Source: Candidatus Omnitrophota bacterium
Lineage (GTDB): Bacteria; Omnitrophota; Gorgyraeia; Gygaellales; Profunditerraquicolaceae
Direction: 5' to 3'
DNA length: 64,000 bases
Assembly (NCBI GenBank): GCA_041649115.1
Contig: JBAZNT010000008.1
Span: 7,121 to 71,120 of the forward strand
Part shown: one piece after another, positions 47,613 to 55,512 of the stretch
Position numbering within the stretch: the first letter of the stretch is position 1
Layout: each line of letters begins with the position of its first letter
Made by a program: the position numbers and the translations under genes
Notes under the pieces: generated by a model
What the model was told of the DNA's origin: nothing
The model's database searches: none
Seen by the model: only the letters and a program-made list of their open reading frames with translations

Positions 47613-49057
47613 AACTGTCTCTCCGGCCTCAGCAATGGAAACAGAATTACGTCCCTTATGGAAGGCTGGTCTGTTAACAGCATCACCAGCCTGTCTATGC
47701 CTATCCCAAGGCCGCCGGCAGGAGGCATCCCGTGCTCAAGGGCCAGGACATAATCCTCGTCTACCGCCTTCTTTTCTTCGCCGGCAAGCTCTTTTATCTC
47801 CTCTTTAAAACGCCTCTCCTGTTCCAGCGGGTCATTGAGTTCGGAGTAGGCATTGCCTACCTCCATCCCGGCAATGTAAAGCTCAAACCTCTCCGAGATC
47901 AAAGGGTTGTCTTTCTTGGTCTTTGCCAGGGGGCAGAGACTTGTAAAATAATCCGTGACAAACGTAGGATTGGACTTAATGTCAAGCTCCAATATCTCCT
48001 CGATAATCTTGGCGACCTGCGAACGGCTAAGCCGGTGCGCATCCTTGGCAAAACCCTTGCCTTTTAATTTTTTAAGCATCTCCTCGGCGCTGTCATCCGG
48101 GATAATATCAAATCTCTCCTTGACCATCTCGCTGAAAGAGCGCCTCTGCCAGGGGGGAGTAAAATCAACCTCCCTGCCTTGGTAAACCAGCCTGGTCTTG
48201 CCAAGTACCTCGCGGCAGAGCCCCGCGATAAGCTCCTCGCATAACCGCATCATCCCCTCGTAATCCGTATAGGCCTGGTAGACCTCAAGCATCGTGAATT
48301 CCGGATTATGCCTGGTCGAAACCCCCTCATTGCGAAAACTGCGGTTAATCTCATAAACCCGCTCCATTCCGCCGACCAAGAGACGCTTCAGATACAACTC
48401 CGGGGCAATCCTCAAGTATAAATCCATATCGTATTCGTTATGGTGGGACTTAAAGGGGCGACCCGCTGCTCCTCCAGGCACGGAATGCATCATGGGGGTT
48501 TCTACTTCCTGGAATCCGGCCTTATCCAGAAAATCCCTGATGAACCTTATAATGCGGCTGCGCTGCATAAAGACTGTTTTTGTTTCCTCGTTGGCAATCA
48601 GGTCAAGATAACGCTGGCGGTAGCGCGCCTCCACGTCTTTTAATCCGTGCCACTTCTCCGGCAGCGGCCGAAGGGCCTTAGCCAGAACAATAAAATCCTC
48701 AACCTTTACGGTAGGCTCGCCGGTGTGGGTCTTAAAAAGCTCTCCGCGCACGGATATGATGTCTGCCACGTCGATGTCTTCGAGCCAGGAAAATTTCTCT
48801 TCCCCCAGGAAATCAGATTTCAGATACAGCTGAATCCTGCCGGTAACATCCTTTAAATCGGCAAAAACTACCTTGCCGTGAGAACGCTTTGCCATTAACC
48901 TCCCGCAAAACTCAATCTTGCGTCCTTCCTGGAAAGCATTTAGGGCTTCCCCGATGGCAATAACCCCGGCCGCAGGGGTATTGTTTACGCCTGCCGCCTT
49001 ATCCTCCAGCGAACGGCGCTTGGCTTTTCTTTGCGCGATAAGTTCATTTAATTCCAT
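47609..49057 (-). CDS. lysS: Lysyl-tRNA synthetase, class II
   Basis: 482 aa with an OB anticodon-binding domain and class II motifs (..FRNEG.., GMPPAGGLGIGIDRL). Confidence 0.9.
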   Translation of the reverse strand: MELNELIAQRKAKRRSLEDKAAGVNNTPAAGVIAIGEALNAFQEGRKIEFCGRLMAKRSHGKVVFADLKDVTGRIQLYLKSDFLGEEKFSWLEDIDVADIISVRGELFKTHTGEPTVKVEDFIVLAKALRPLPEKWHGLKDVEARYRQRYLDLIANEETKTVFMQRSRIIRFIRDFLDKAGFQEVETPMMHSVPGGAAGRPFKSHHNEYDMDLYLRIAPELYLKRLLVGGMERVYEINRSFRNEGVSTRHNPEFTMLEVYQAYTDYEGMMRLCEELIAGLCREVLGKTRLVYQGREVDFTPPWQRRSFSEMVKERFDIIPDDSAEEMLKKLKGKGFAKDAHRLSRSQVAKIIEEILELDIKSNPTFVTDYFTSLCPLAKTKKDNPLISERFELYIAGMEVGNAYSELNDPLEQERRFKEEIKELAGEEKKAVDEDYVLALEHGMPPAGGLGIGIDRLVMLLTDQPSIRDVILFPLLRPERQL

Positions 49058-49066
49058 AGTCTTATG

Positions 49067-49095
49067 ATTATATAGTAGATTCCCGGTCCTGTCAA
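49067..49095 (-). promoter_or_regulatory. Consensus sigma-70 promoter of lysS; implies a leaderless mRNA
   Basis: On the minus strand: TTGACA (49095-49090), 17-nt spacer, TATAAT (49072-49067). Only 9 nt lie between the -10 and the ATG at 49057, and there is no SD. Confidence 0.6.
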
Positions 49096-49118
49096 TTAAG
49101 AAAACCTCTCCGGCAAAG

Positions 49119-49160
49119 ATAAAAAAAGGAGCAAGGACTTTCTTGTATCTCCTTGCTCCT
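49119..49160 (-). terminator. Rho-independent terminator after htpX
   Basis: On the minus strand, AGGAGCAAGGA-(12-nt loop)-TCCTTGCTCCT is followed by TTTTTTTAT. Confidence 0.8.
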
Positions 49161-49195
49161 GAAACAATTAAGCGTTCTCCGGGCTAGCCTAAAAA

Positions 49196-50164
49196 TCAGG
49201 CCTTATAACTGGAAAGCTGTTTGATGCGTTTGAGCATATTAGGGTGGGTGCTTAAGAGCTCCATCAGCTTATCCCCTAACCCCAGGCGGACGTTTTTTGA
49301 GCTCAATACCTCAAGCTCCTTTGCGTCAATGGTGCCGCTCTTATCCAGGTCGAGCTCGCGCAACTGGCGTATCTCATTTACGGCGCGCGAAGGGTCGTTC
49401 ACAAAAAACGCCTTCAGTCCTTCCGTCTCCTTAAGCTCATCCCTATTCATGCGCGCGGAGCCGTAGGCCAGCTTATAAAGACTGGAGGCAAGGGCTGAAG
49501 GATTATTCCCAAGAAGCACCGAGCCGCGGTCGGCAAAATACTCCCTGATGCGGGAGGCGTACAATACCAGTAGATTGGTAAGAAAATAAAACAGGAATGC
49601 CGCCAGGCCTATCAGGACGGTATTGCCTCCCCTTTCATCCCGCCTCCTGCCGAAAAACAGAAACTGCCAGGCGATACGGTACATAATCATCGGTATCACC
49701 GACAGGAGCGTAATCGTAAGCACATCGCGGTTCTTAAGGTGCGTCAGCTCGTGCCCCAACACCGCCTTTAATTCCTCCTTGTCCAGAAGCCGCATAATCC
49801 CATCGGTAACGCAGACGCGCCCGTCACGAAGGCTCCTGCCGAATGCAAAGGCATTGGGTATGGAAATCCGGGCAATGCCTATCCTGGGCACGGGTATCCT
49901 GGCGCGGCCCGCCAACTCCTCAACCATGCGTTGGAGTTCGGGGTATTCGCCCCTGTTGATGTAGCGGACGCGCATGGTCCACTCTACTATCTTGGGACCG
50001 AGCATGTATTGCATGAACATCAGCGCCAGCGATAACAGCGCGTAAAAATAAAAGCTGCCGATGTGCATAAACCTCGTTCCGATGACAACCAGGATAGCGT
50101 AGATAAACGCAAAAAGCAGGCCAACCAATAACCACATCCTTAATCTAAACGCCCACATATTCAA
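49196..50164 (-). CDS. htpX: HtpX-family M48 membrane zinc protease with an EF-hand-like insert
   Basis: 322 aa with the HELTH zinc motif, four TMs and a C-terminal STHP motif. The insert DLDKSGTIDAKEL fits the EF-hand loop pattern. Confidence 0.8.
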   Translation of the reverse strand: MNMWAFRLRMWLLVGLLFAFIYAILVVIGTRFMHIGSFYFYALLSLALMFMQYMLGPKIVEWTMRVRYINRGEYPELQRMVEELAGRARIPVPRIGIARISIPNAFAFGRSLRDGRVCVTDGIMRLLDKEELKAVLGHELTHLKNRDVLTITLLSVIPMIMYRIAWQFLFFGRRRDERGGNTVLIGLAAFLFYFLTNLLVLYASRIREYFADRGSVLLGNNPSALASSLYKLAYGSARMNRDELKETEGLKAFFVNDPSRAVNEIRQLRELDLDKSGTIDAKELEVLSSKNVRLGLGDKLMELLSTHPNMLKRIKQLSSYKA

Positions 50165-50182
50165 ACCTCCCCCTTACTTTCA

Positions 50183-51727
50183 TTACCGCTCTTCGACGTC
50201 GGCCGTAATAACAAACCTTACCACCGGTTCATCGGGATTGTCGGTATTAACGTATACATATTGCCGCACAGGCCCTCTGTATCCCTTAGTGTCAAACTGC
50301 ACCTTCAAGGCAGTTTCCTCCCCGGGGCCCAAACGCGTCTTCCTTACCCTGGAGACTGCACAACCGCAGGAGGTGCGTACGTTTTTTATGTTAAGCACAT
50401 TGCGGGATTTGTTGCTAAATATAAAGGCGTGCCTTAGGACGCTTCCCTCCCTTGCCTTTCCGAAATCCCATATATAGGAAGCGTTTTTCTCCGCGCAGGC
50501 TGTTACGGCCGGGGCGCTGCGGTTTTCTCTTGCGATAGGCAATTTTATTATTCTGGCTGGAATGTAAGAGTAAATGAGTCCAAAGCCCAGGACAAAGAAT
50601 AAGACTGCCATCAATACCTTAATTAACGCAAGGCGCCTCCTGATAAAACCTGAAAACTCATGCGATGTTACCCCTATTAAGGAGAAGAAAAATATTACTG
50701 CAAGCGGCAGGATAAAAAGCAGGTTATACATAAGAAGGTACCCCAGGGCCTGCAATTTCAGGTGGGTGGTCTTAAGCACAAAAACTACGGTAGGCAGATA
50801 CACCTGTCCGGTGCAGACTGCCTCGATAAGAGAAACCATAAAACCGGTGGTCAGGGCGCTCATCACCAACCCTGAGATGCTCCTCTTCGCCTCTTGGCCG
50901 GGAGACTTGCGATAATGGCTGCCGATGACGGAATGGATACGGTTCTTAAGATAGGCGGGTAATTGCAGCAGCATCCCGGAAGTCTCCCCTGTCCTCCTAA
51001 ACCTGAAGGCATCATATAAAGCCAAAACACCTAATACCATACTGAACACCCCGATAGAAATATTGATAACTTTTGAAACAAGCCAAAAGCCGCTTAGGCG
51101 GTAAAGAAAACCGAACAGCCCCATGCCGATAAGGATATAAGTTACCAGCACCGCCAGGATAAATGCCAGCCCGATTACCAGAAGTTCCCGGCGCCGGTAC
51201 CCTTGCATCGCAAGAAAGGACATAAAGAAGATAATTACCGTAAAGGCGCAGGGGTTAATCCCGTCGATCAAACCGGCACCCGCCACGGTCGCAGGGGTAA
51301 GGGCAAAAAAACGGTAAAATATCCTCTCTCTGCCCGCCTTTTCCTCAGGCGCAGCCGCCGCAGGAGCAGCCAATAACCTGGCCAGCTTGAGCTGGATGCC
51401 ATCTGGCGTTAGAAAACGGCCTTCGAAAAAGAAAAGCGGCACGCTGTTGTCGAGTTTGGGATGGTATTTCTCTTCAAGCCTAAGCAGCAAGGCATAATTA
51501 TCCATGCGCGTGATATCGCGCATCTGGATAACAAGCCTATCCTTAAAATCCTTCCTGATCTGCGGCAGGAGACGGCTCTTTAGCTCATGGCATTTCTTGC
51601 AGGCGGGGGAATAAAAATAGATGAGGGCGCGCTTAGAGGTTTCGTCCCCCTGAGGATATCCCCGGCCGGGGAACCCGCAGGCCAGGATAAGAAAAAAGAT
51701 TGTAGCCGTCAAAAGCCTGTTTTTCAT
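50183..51727 (-). CDS. Three-module redox membrane protein: periplasmic Trx-like CxxC domain, CcdA/DsbD-type transmembrane core, and a C-terminal DUF1573-like domain
   Basis: Signal/lipobox LILACG. The Trx-like part has YFYSPACKKCH. The TM core has GINPCAF and EAVCTGQVYLP. The C-terminus has DFGKAREGSVLRHAFIFSN...VRTSCGCAV. I prefer the ATG at 51727; the ORF-track start is a TTG at 51763. Confidence 0.6.
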   Translation of the reverse strand: MKNRLLTATIFFLILACGFPGRGYPQGDETSKRALIYFYSPACKKCHELKSRLLPQIRKDFKDRLVIQMRDITRMDNYALLLRLEEKYHPKLDNSVPLFFFEGRFLTPDGIQLKLARLLAAPAAAAPEEKAGRERIFYRFFALTPATVAGAGLIDGINPCAFTVIIFFMSFLAMQGYRRRELLVIGLAFILAVLVTYILIGMGLFGFLYRLSGFWLVSKVINISIGVFSMVLGVLALYDAFRFRRTGETSGMLLQLPAYLKNRIHSVIGSHYRKSPGQEAKRSISGLVMSALTTGFMVSLIEAVCTGQVYLPTVVFVLKTTHLKLQALGYLLMYNLLFILPLAVIFFFSLIGVTSHEFSGFIRRRLALIKVLMAVLFFVLGFGLIYSYIPARIIKLPIARENRSAPAVTACAEKNASYIWDFGKAREGSVLRHAFIFSNKSRNVLNIKNVRTSCGCAVSRVRKTRLGPGEETALKVQFDTKGYRGPVRQYVYVNTDNPDEPVVRFVITADVEER

Positions 51728-51775
51728 ATTGTTATATTTTAACACTAACCGGGGTTTTTTCAACTTTATTCACAT

Positions 51776-51850
51776 AGGGACGGTTCTGGAGTCGTTCTTA
51801 ACCTGTCCCCTATTAGGGGACAGGTTAGCTTCACCTTAAGAACCGTACCT
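51776..51850. repeat. Type-A nested palindromic repeat, copy A2 (75 nt)
   Basis: AGGGACGGTTCT...TAACCTGTCCCCT-ATT-AGGGGACAGGTTA...AGAACCGTACCT, about 90 percent identical to copy A1. Lies between divergent genes. Confidence 0.85.
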
Positions 51851-51869
51851 GATTAAGGTAAAAAATAAA

Positions 51870-51897
51870 TTGACAAAATGAGAAAATTTGTTATAAT
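51870..51897 (+). promoter_or_regulatory. Putative cspA promoter
   Basis: TTGACA (51870-51875), 16-nt spacer, TATAAT (51892-51897). It is followed by a ~130-nt leader. Confidence 0.55.
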
Positions 51898-51949
51898 GTT
51901 TTTGATTTTGGACATTTAATGAAAGCAATAATTACCAGAGAGTTCAAGT

Positions 51950-51993
51950 AACCGCAGAGCGAAAGTAAAATGTTTTGCTCTGCGGTTTTTTTT
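51950..51993 (+). promoter_or_regulatory. Terminator-like hairpin plus U-tract inside the cspA 5' leader (possible attenuator)
   Basis: AACCGCAGAGC-(16-nt loop)-GCTCTGCGGTT is followed by a run of T (8 consecutive T at 51986-51993). It ends 40 nt before the cspA ATG. Confidence 0.5.
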
Positions 51994-52033
51994 GTAACCA
52001 GCAGCAGAGTGGGAAAGGGGTGAAGAGTAACAA

Positions 52034-52246
52034 ATGGCAAAAGGCAAAGTAAAGTGGTTCAGCAACCAGAAGGGTTATGGTTTTATCACAGCCGAGGGCG
52101 GTAAGGACGTATTCGTCCATTACAGCGCCGTCAAAGGCGACGGATACAAAACCCTTCAGGAAGGTCAGGACGTAGAGTTTGAGATTACTCAGGGTCCTAA
52201 AGGCGAACAGGCTACTAACGTCGTATTGATTCAGGCCCAGGCCTAA
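52034..52246 (+). CDS. cspA: Cold-shock protein (CspA family)
   Basis: 70 aa with RNP1 KGYGFI and RNP2 VFVHY. Confidence 0.95.
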   Translation: MAKGKVKWFSNQKGYGFITAEGGKDVFVHYSAVKGDGYKTLQEGQDVEFEITQGPKGEQATNVVLIQAQA

Positions 52247-52278
52247 ACTCAAAGACTTGCAGTCTAATTGCGAAAAAT

Positions 52279-52312
52279 AACCCCGCATCCGCATTTGGGT
52301 GCGGGGTTTTCT
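52279..52312 (+). terminator. Rho-independent terminator after cspA
   Basis: CCCCGCA-(12-nt loop)-TGCGGGG followed by TTTTCTC. Confidence 0.65.
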
Positions 52313-52341
52313 CTAAAACCCCAAAGAAACGAAGGATTGTC

Positions 52342-53625
52342 ATGTTTGGCGTCATCAAAAAGGCCTACCTCCTGGCTACCCCTGCGGAACGCAAGGTAGT
52401 CCTGGGTAACGTTATTTCCCTCTCCACCCTCCAGGGGATAAATTATATCCTGCCTTTAATAGTGATGCCCTATCTCGTCAGGGTTATCGGCCCGGAAAAA
52501 TTCGGGCTGCTCGCCTTTGCCCAGGCCTTTGCGCAGTATTTTCTGATCCTGACTGATTACGGCTTCAGCTACTCCGCCACCCGCGAGGTCTCCCTGCATC
52601 GCGAAAATCATAAAAGGGTATCCTTGATTTTCTCCTCGGTTACCGCCGTAAAATTCGTCCTTCTCCTTGTAAGTTTTTTCGCTCTGGTGCTTATCTTAAG
52701 GTTCGTACCGCGCTTTGAAAATGACTGGCAGGTCTTTGCGTTCAGTTTTGGGGTAGCGGTAGCCAACACACTATTCCCGGTATGGTTCTACCAGGGGATA
52801 GAAAAGATGCGTTACATCTCGGTACTCAATATTATCGGGGGAGTAATCTGCGCTGCGGGGATCCTGCTTATGGTAAGAAAGCCGCAAGACTATCTCTACG
52901 TCCCGCTGATTCAATCGCTGGTGTTTACGGTAATCGGCCTGGCGGGGTTATACCTGGCATTTGTAAAATTCAGGATAAGGTTCGTCTTCCAGACATACGG
53001 CGACATACTCAAAGAATTAAAAGCCGGCTGGCAGATATTTATCTCAATCCTGGCGATTAACGCCTATACCAACACCAGGATATTTGCAGTGGGTCTACTC
53101 ACCAATAATGTCCTTACCGGGTATTATTCCATCGCCGAGAAAATCGCCAACGTCATCCAGACCTTCCCCCTGGCTTCTTTCTCTCAGGCCATCTATCCGC
53201 GGCTAAGCAATATATTCCACAAGAACCAGCGAAGGGCGCTTAAGTTGATGCATAAAATCCAGGATTCCACCATTTACATTGCGCTGGTGGCGCTCCCCGT
53301 CATCTTTGTCGTCGCGCCCTGGATAGTCAAGATTGTCTGCGGTGCCAAATACCCCCAGGCAACCCTGACCTTAAGGCTGCTGTTGGTGGCGGTATTCTTC
53401 ATCAATGCCAATGCCTTCCGGGTGCAGTTTCTGCTGGTGTCTGGACGCATGGACCTCTATTCCAAGATCCACGTGATCATCGCCCTCGTGGGATTGCCTT
53501 TGATATTCATACTAATCTACTACTTCTCCTACCTTGGCGCCGCTTTCTCAACTATCATTACGGAACTGGCTATCCTCCTTTTGACCCTTAATACCCTGGA
53601 ATCCCTTGCCTTCACCAAAAAATAA
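52342..53625 (+). CDS. Wzx-like polysaccharide/oligosaccharide flippase (MOP superfamily)
   Basis: 427 aa with ~12 TMs and N-terminal wording typical of the polysaccharide biosynthesis protein family. Confidence 0.65.
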   Translation: MFGVIKKAYLLATPAERKVVLGNVISLSTLQGINYILPLIVMPYLVRVIGPEKFGLLAFAQAFAQYFLILTDYGFSYSATREVSLHRENHKRVSLIFSSVTAVKFVLLLVSFFALVLILRFVPRFENDWQVFAFSFGVAVANTLFPVWFYQGIEKMRYISVLNIIGGVICAAGILLMVRKPQDYLYVPLIQSLVFTVIGLAGLYLAFVKFRIRFVFQTYGDILKELKAGWQIFISILAINAYTNTRIFAVGLLTNNVLTGYYSIAEKIANVIQTFPLASFSQAIYPRLSNIFHKNQRRALKLMHKIQDSTIYIALVALPVIFVVAPWIVKIVCGAKYPQATLTLRLLLVAVFFINANAFRVQFLLVSGRMDLYSKIHVIIALVGLPLIFILIYYFSYLGAAFSTIITELAILLLTLNTLESLAFTKK

Positions 53626-53627
53626 AT

Positions 53628-53656
53628 CTGCCGCGGATGGCTTCGTCTCGCGGCAG
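53628..53656. terminator. Hairpin terminator between the convergent flippase and nifU genes
   Basis: CTGCCGCG-(13-nt loop)-CGCGGCAG. On the minus strand it is followed by ATTTATTTTTT. Confidence 0.65.
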
Positions 53657-53674
53657 TCTGTGCTTGCTACCCCG

Positions 53675-53707
53675 AACACTTTCCCGATTGGCTCGGAAAA
53701 CGTTTCT
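53675..53707 (+). repeat. R-box element, compact copy 3
   Basis: ACACTTTCCCGA-TTGGCT-CGGAAAACGTTTCT contains both conserved boxes of the 5360 and 19315 elements with a short spacer. It overlaps the nifU stop codon. Confidence 0.55.
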
Positions 53708-54323
53708 ATTTGGGCGGGAAGTGTTTTGCCTTGTATTCCTCCATCAGTTTTATTGATTTCTCTTTGCATTCTCCGCAGACCGTTCCGATCTTAGTGCGCT
53801 CCTGCAGCTGGATATAAGTACGGGCGCCTTCAAGTACGGCATTCTCGATCTCCGCATCCGTTATCCCCAGGCACTTACAGATAATATGCTCCCTTTCTTT
53901 TTTCACCTTATCGCCCATGCCGTGGCTGATATAATAATCGTCGATTGCCGCGCGTAAGGCCTTATCTCCCAGCACCGAACAGTGGATCTTGTGCTCCGGC
54001 AGCCCTCCTAAAGCCACGGCAATATCGCGGGAGCTAAGCTTATATGCCTCATCCAGGGTCTTTCCTATCGCGAGCTCCGAGAGCACGGAGGTGCTGGCAA
54101 TGGCGCTGGCGCACCCATAGGTCTTCCACTTGCAATCCGTAATGACGCCTTTTACCTTATCTACCTTAATCAGCACCACCATCTCGTCGCCGCATTTTAT
54201 GTTTCCGATAACACCCCTGCCGTCGGGCCGAAAGCCCTCCTCGTTAAAAAGGACATTGCGCGGATGCATAAAATGGTCCTTGACCTTATCTGAATACAGC
54301 CAATCCTCATTCATATTTGGCAT
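53706..54323 (-). CDS. nifU: NifU-like Fe-S cluster scaffold (IscU-like N-domain plus BFD-like [2Fe-2S] domain)
   Basis: 205 aa with GNIKCGDEM, YGCASAIAS, HCSVL and CKCLG...CGECK motifs. Confidence 0.8.
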   Translation of the reverse strand: MPNMNEDWLYSDKVKDHFMHPRNVLFNEEGFRPDGRGVIGNIKCGDEMVVLIKVDKVKGVITDCKWKTYGCASAIASTSVLSELAIGKTLDEAYKLSSRDIAVALGGLPEHKIHCSVLGDKALRAAIDDYYISHGMGDKVKKEREHIICKCLGITDAEIENAVLEGARTYIQLQERTKIGTVCGECKEKSIKLMEEYKAKHFPPK

Positions 54324-55512
54324 CTCCTTGAACCGAAGAAATCCCGCGGACCTTCCTGATAACCCCGGTGAGCCGTCCGATGACGTAATCCATATCGTCT
54401 TTAGTGGTATCCCTGCCCATACTTATGCGTATGGAGCCGTGCGCCTTCTCCTGGGGGGTGCCGGCTGCCAGCAAGACATGCGACGGCTCCAGGGATCCCG
54501 AGGCGCAGGCAGAACCGGTAGAAACTGCTATCCCCTCCATATCCAGATACAAAAGGATTGCCTCTCCTTCTGCTGCGGCAAACGAAACATTTAGCGTCCC
54601 GGCAAGGCTATCCTCGGGATGGCCGTTAAAAGAAACATCCGCAATATTCTTCACAATGCCATCTCTTAATCTCTTCTTTAAACTGAGCAGGCGCCTTGTC
54701 TCTGCCTGCATCTCAAGCCTGCGCATCTGGATGGCCTTTGCGAAACCGATAATACCGAGGGTGTTCTCCGTTCCGGCCCTTCTGCCGCGCTCCTGATGCC
54801 CGCCCCTGATAAACGGACAAAAAGGGGCGCCCTTTCTGATGTAAAGACACCCTATGCCTTTTGGCCCGTATATCTTGTGGGCGGAAAAAGACAGGTAATC
54901 AACCCCAAGTTCCGCCACATCAACGGGAAGCTTGCCTACTGCCTGGACCGCATCGGTATGAAAGAGCGCTCCGTGCTGGTGGGTTATCTCGCAAATGCCC
55001 TTGATGTCCTGGATGGTGCCGATTTCGTTATTGGCCATCATCACCGACACCAAAGCCACATCGCCCTTCCCCAGCTCTTCCTTAAATTGCTCCAACTTGA
55101 TTTTCCCGTAGCCGTCTACCTCAAGGTAGGTCACCCCGATACCGGCAGCCTCTACGCATGCCACGGATTCCAGCACGCAGGGATGCTCAATCTTGGTGGT
55201 AATAATCCTCCTCTTTTTTGCCAGTCCCCCCTGCCCCACGCACCCCTTCCATGCCGGGCAGTAAAGTATATTGACTACGCTGTTATTGGCTTCCGAGCCG
55301 CTACCTACAAAAATAATCTCCTCGTGCTGTGCGCCGATAAAAGAAGCAATCTCTTCCCTCGCCTTTTCCACCAACGCCCGCGCCTCTCTGCCGAATTTAT
55401 GGAGACTGGAAGGATTGCCAAAGGCCTTCATTGACTTAATCAGGGTTTTCTTTACCTCCGGATGGAGCGGCGTGGTAGCATTATGGTCAAGATAAACCGT
55501 TCTTTTTCTCAA
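54307..55512 (-). CDS. nifS: Cysteine desulfurase (NifS/IscS type)
   Basis: 401 aa with the PLP-lysine motif SFSAHKIYGPKG and the active-site loop SSGSACAS-like STGSACASG. Confidence 0.85.
   Translation of the reverse strand: MRKRTVYLDHNATTPLHPEVKKTLIKSMKAFGNPSSLHKFGREARALVEKAREEIASFIGAQHEEIIFVGSGSEANNSVVNILYCPAWKGCVGQGGLAKKRRIITTKIEHPCVLESVACVEAAGIGVTYLEVDGYGKIKLEQFKEELGKGDVALVSVMMANNEIGTIQDIKGICEITHQHGALFHTDAVQAVGKLPVDVAELGVDYLSFSAHKIYGPKGIGCLYIRKGAPFCPFIRGGHQERGRRAGTENTLGIIGFAKAIQMRRLEMQAETRRLLSLKKRLRDGIVKNIADVSFNGHPEDSLAGTLNVSFAAAEGEAILLYLDMEGIAVSTGSACASGSLEPSHVLLAAGTPQEKAHGSIRISMGRDTTKDDMDYVIGRLTGVIRKVRGISSVQGDAKYE

Noticed and set aside
51944-52294. 116-aa minus-strand ORF
   Set aside because: It is antisense to cspA and spans the cspA leader and terminator hairpins. 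The cspA call on the plus strand is unambiguous.
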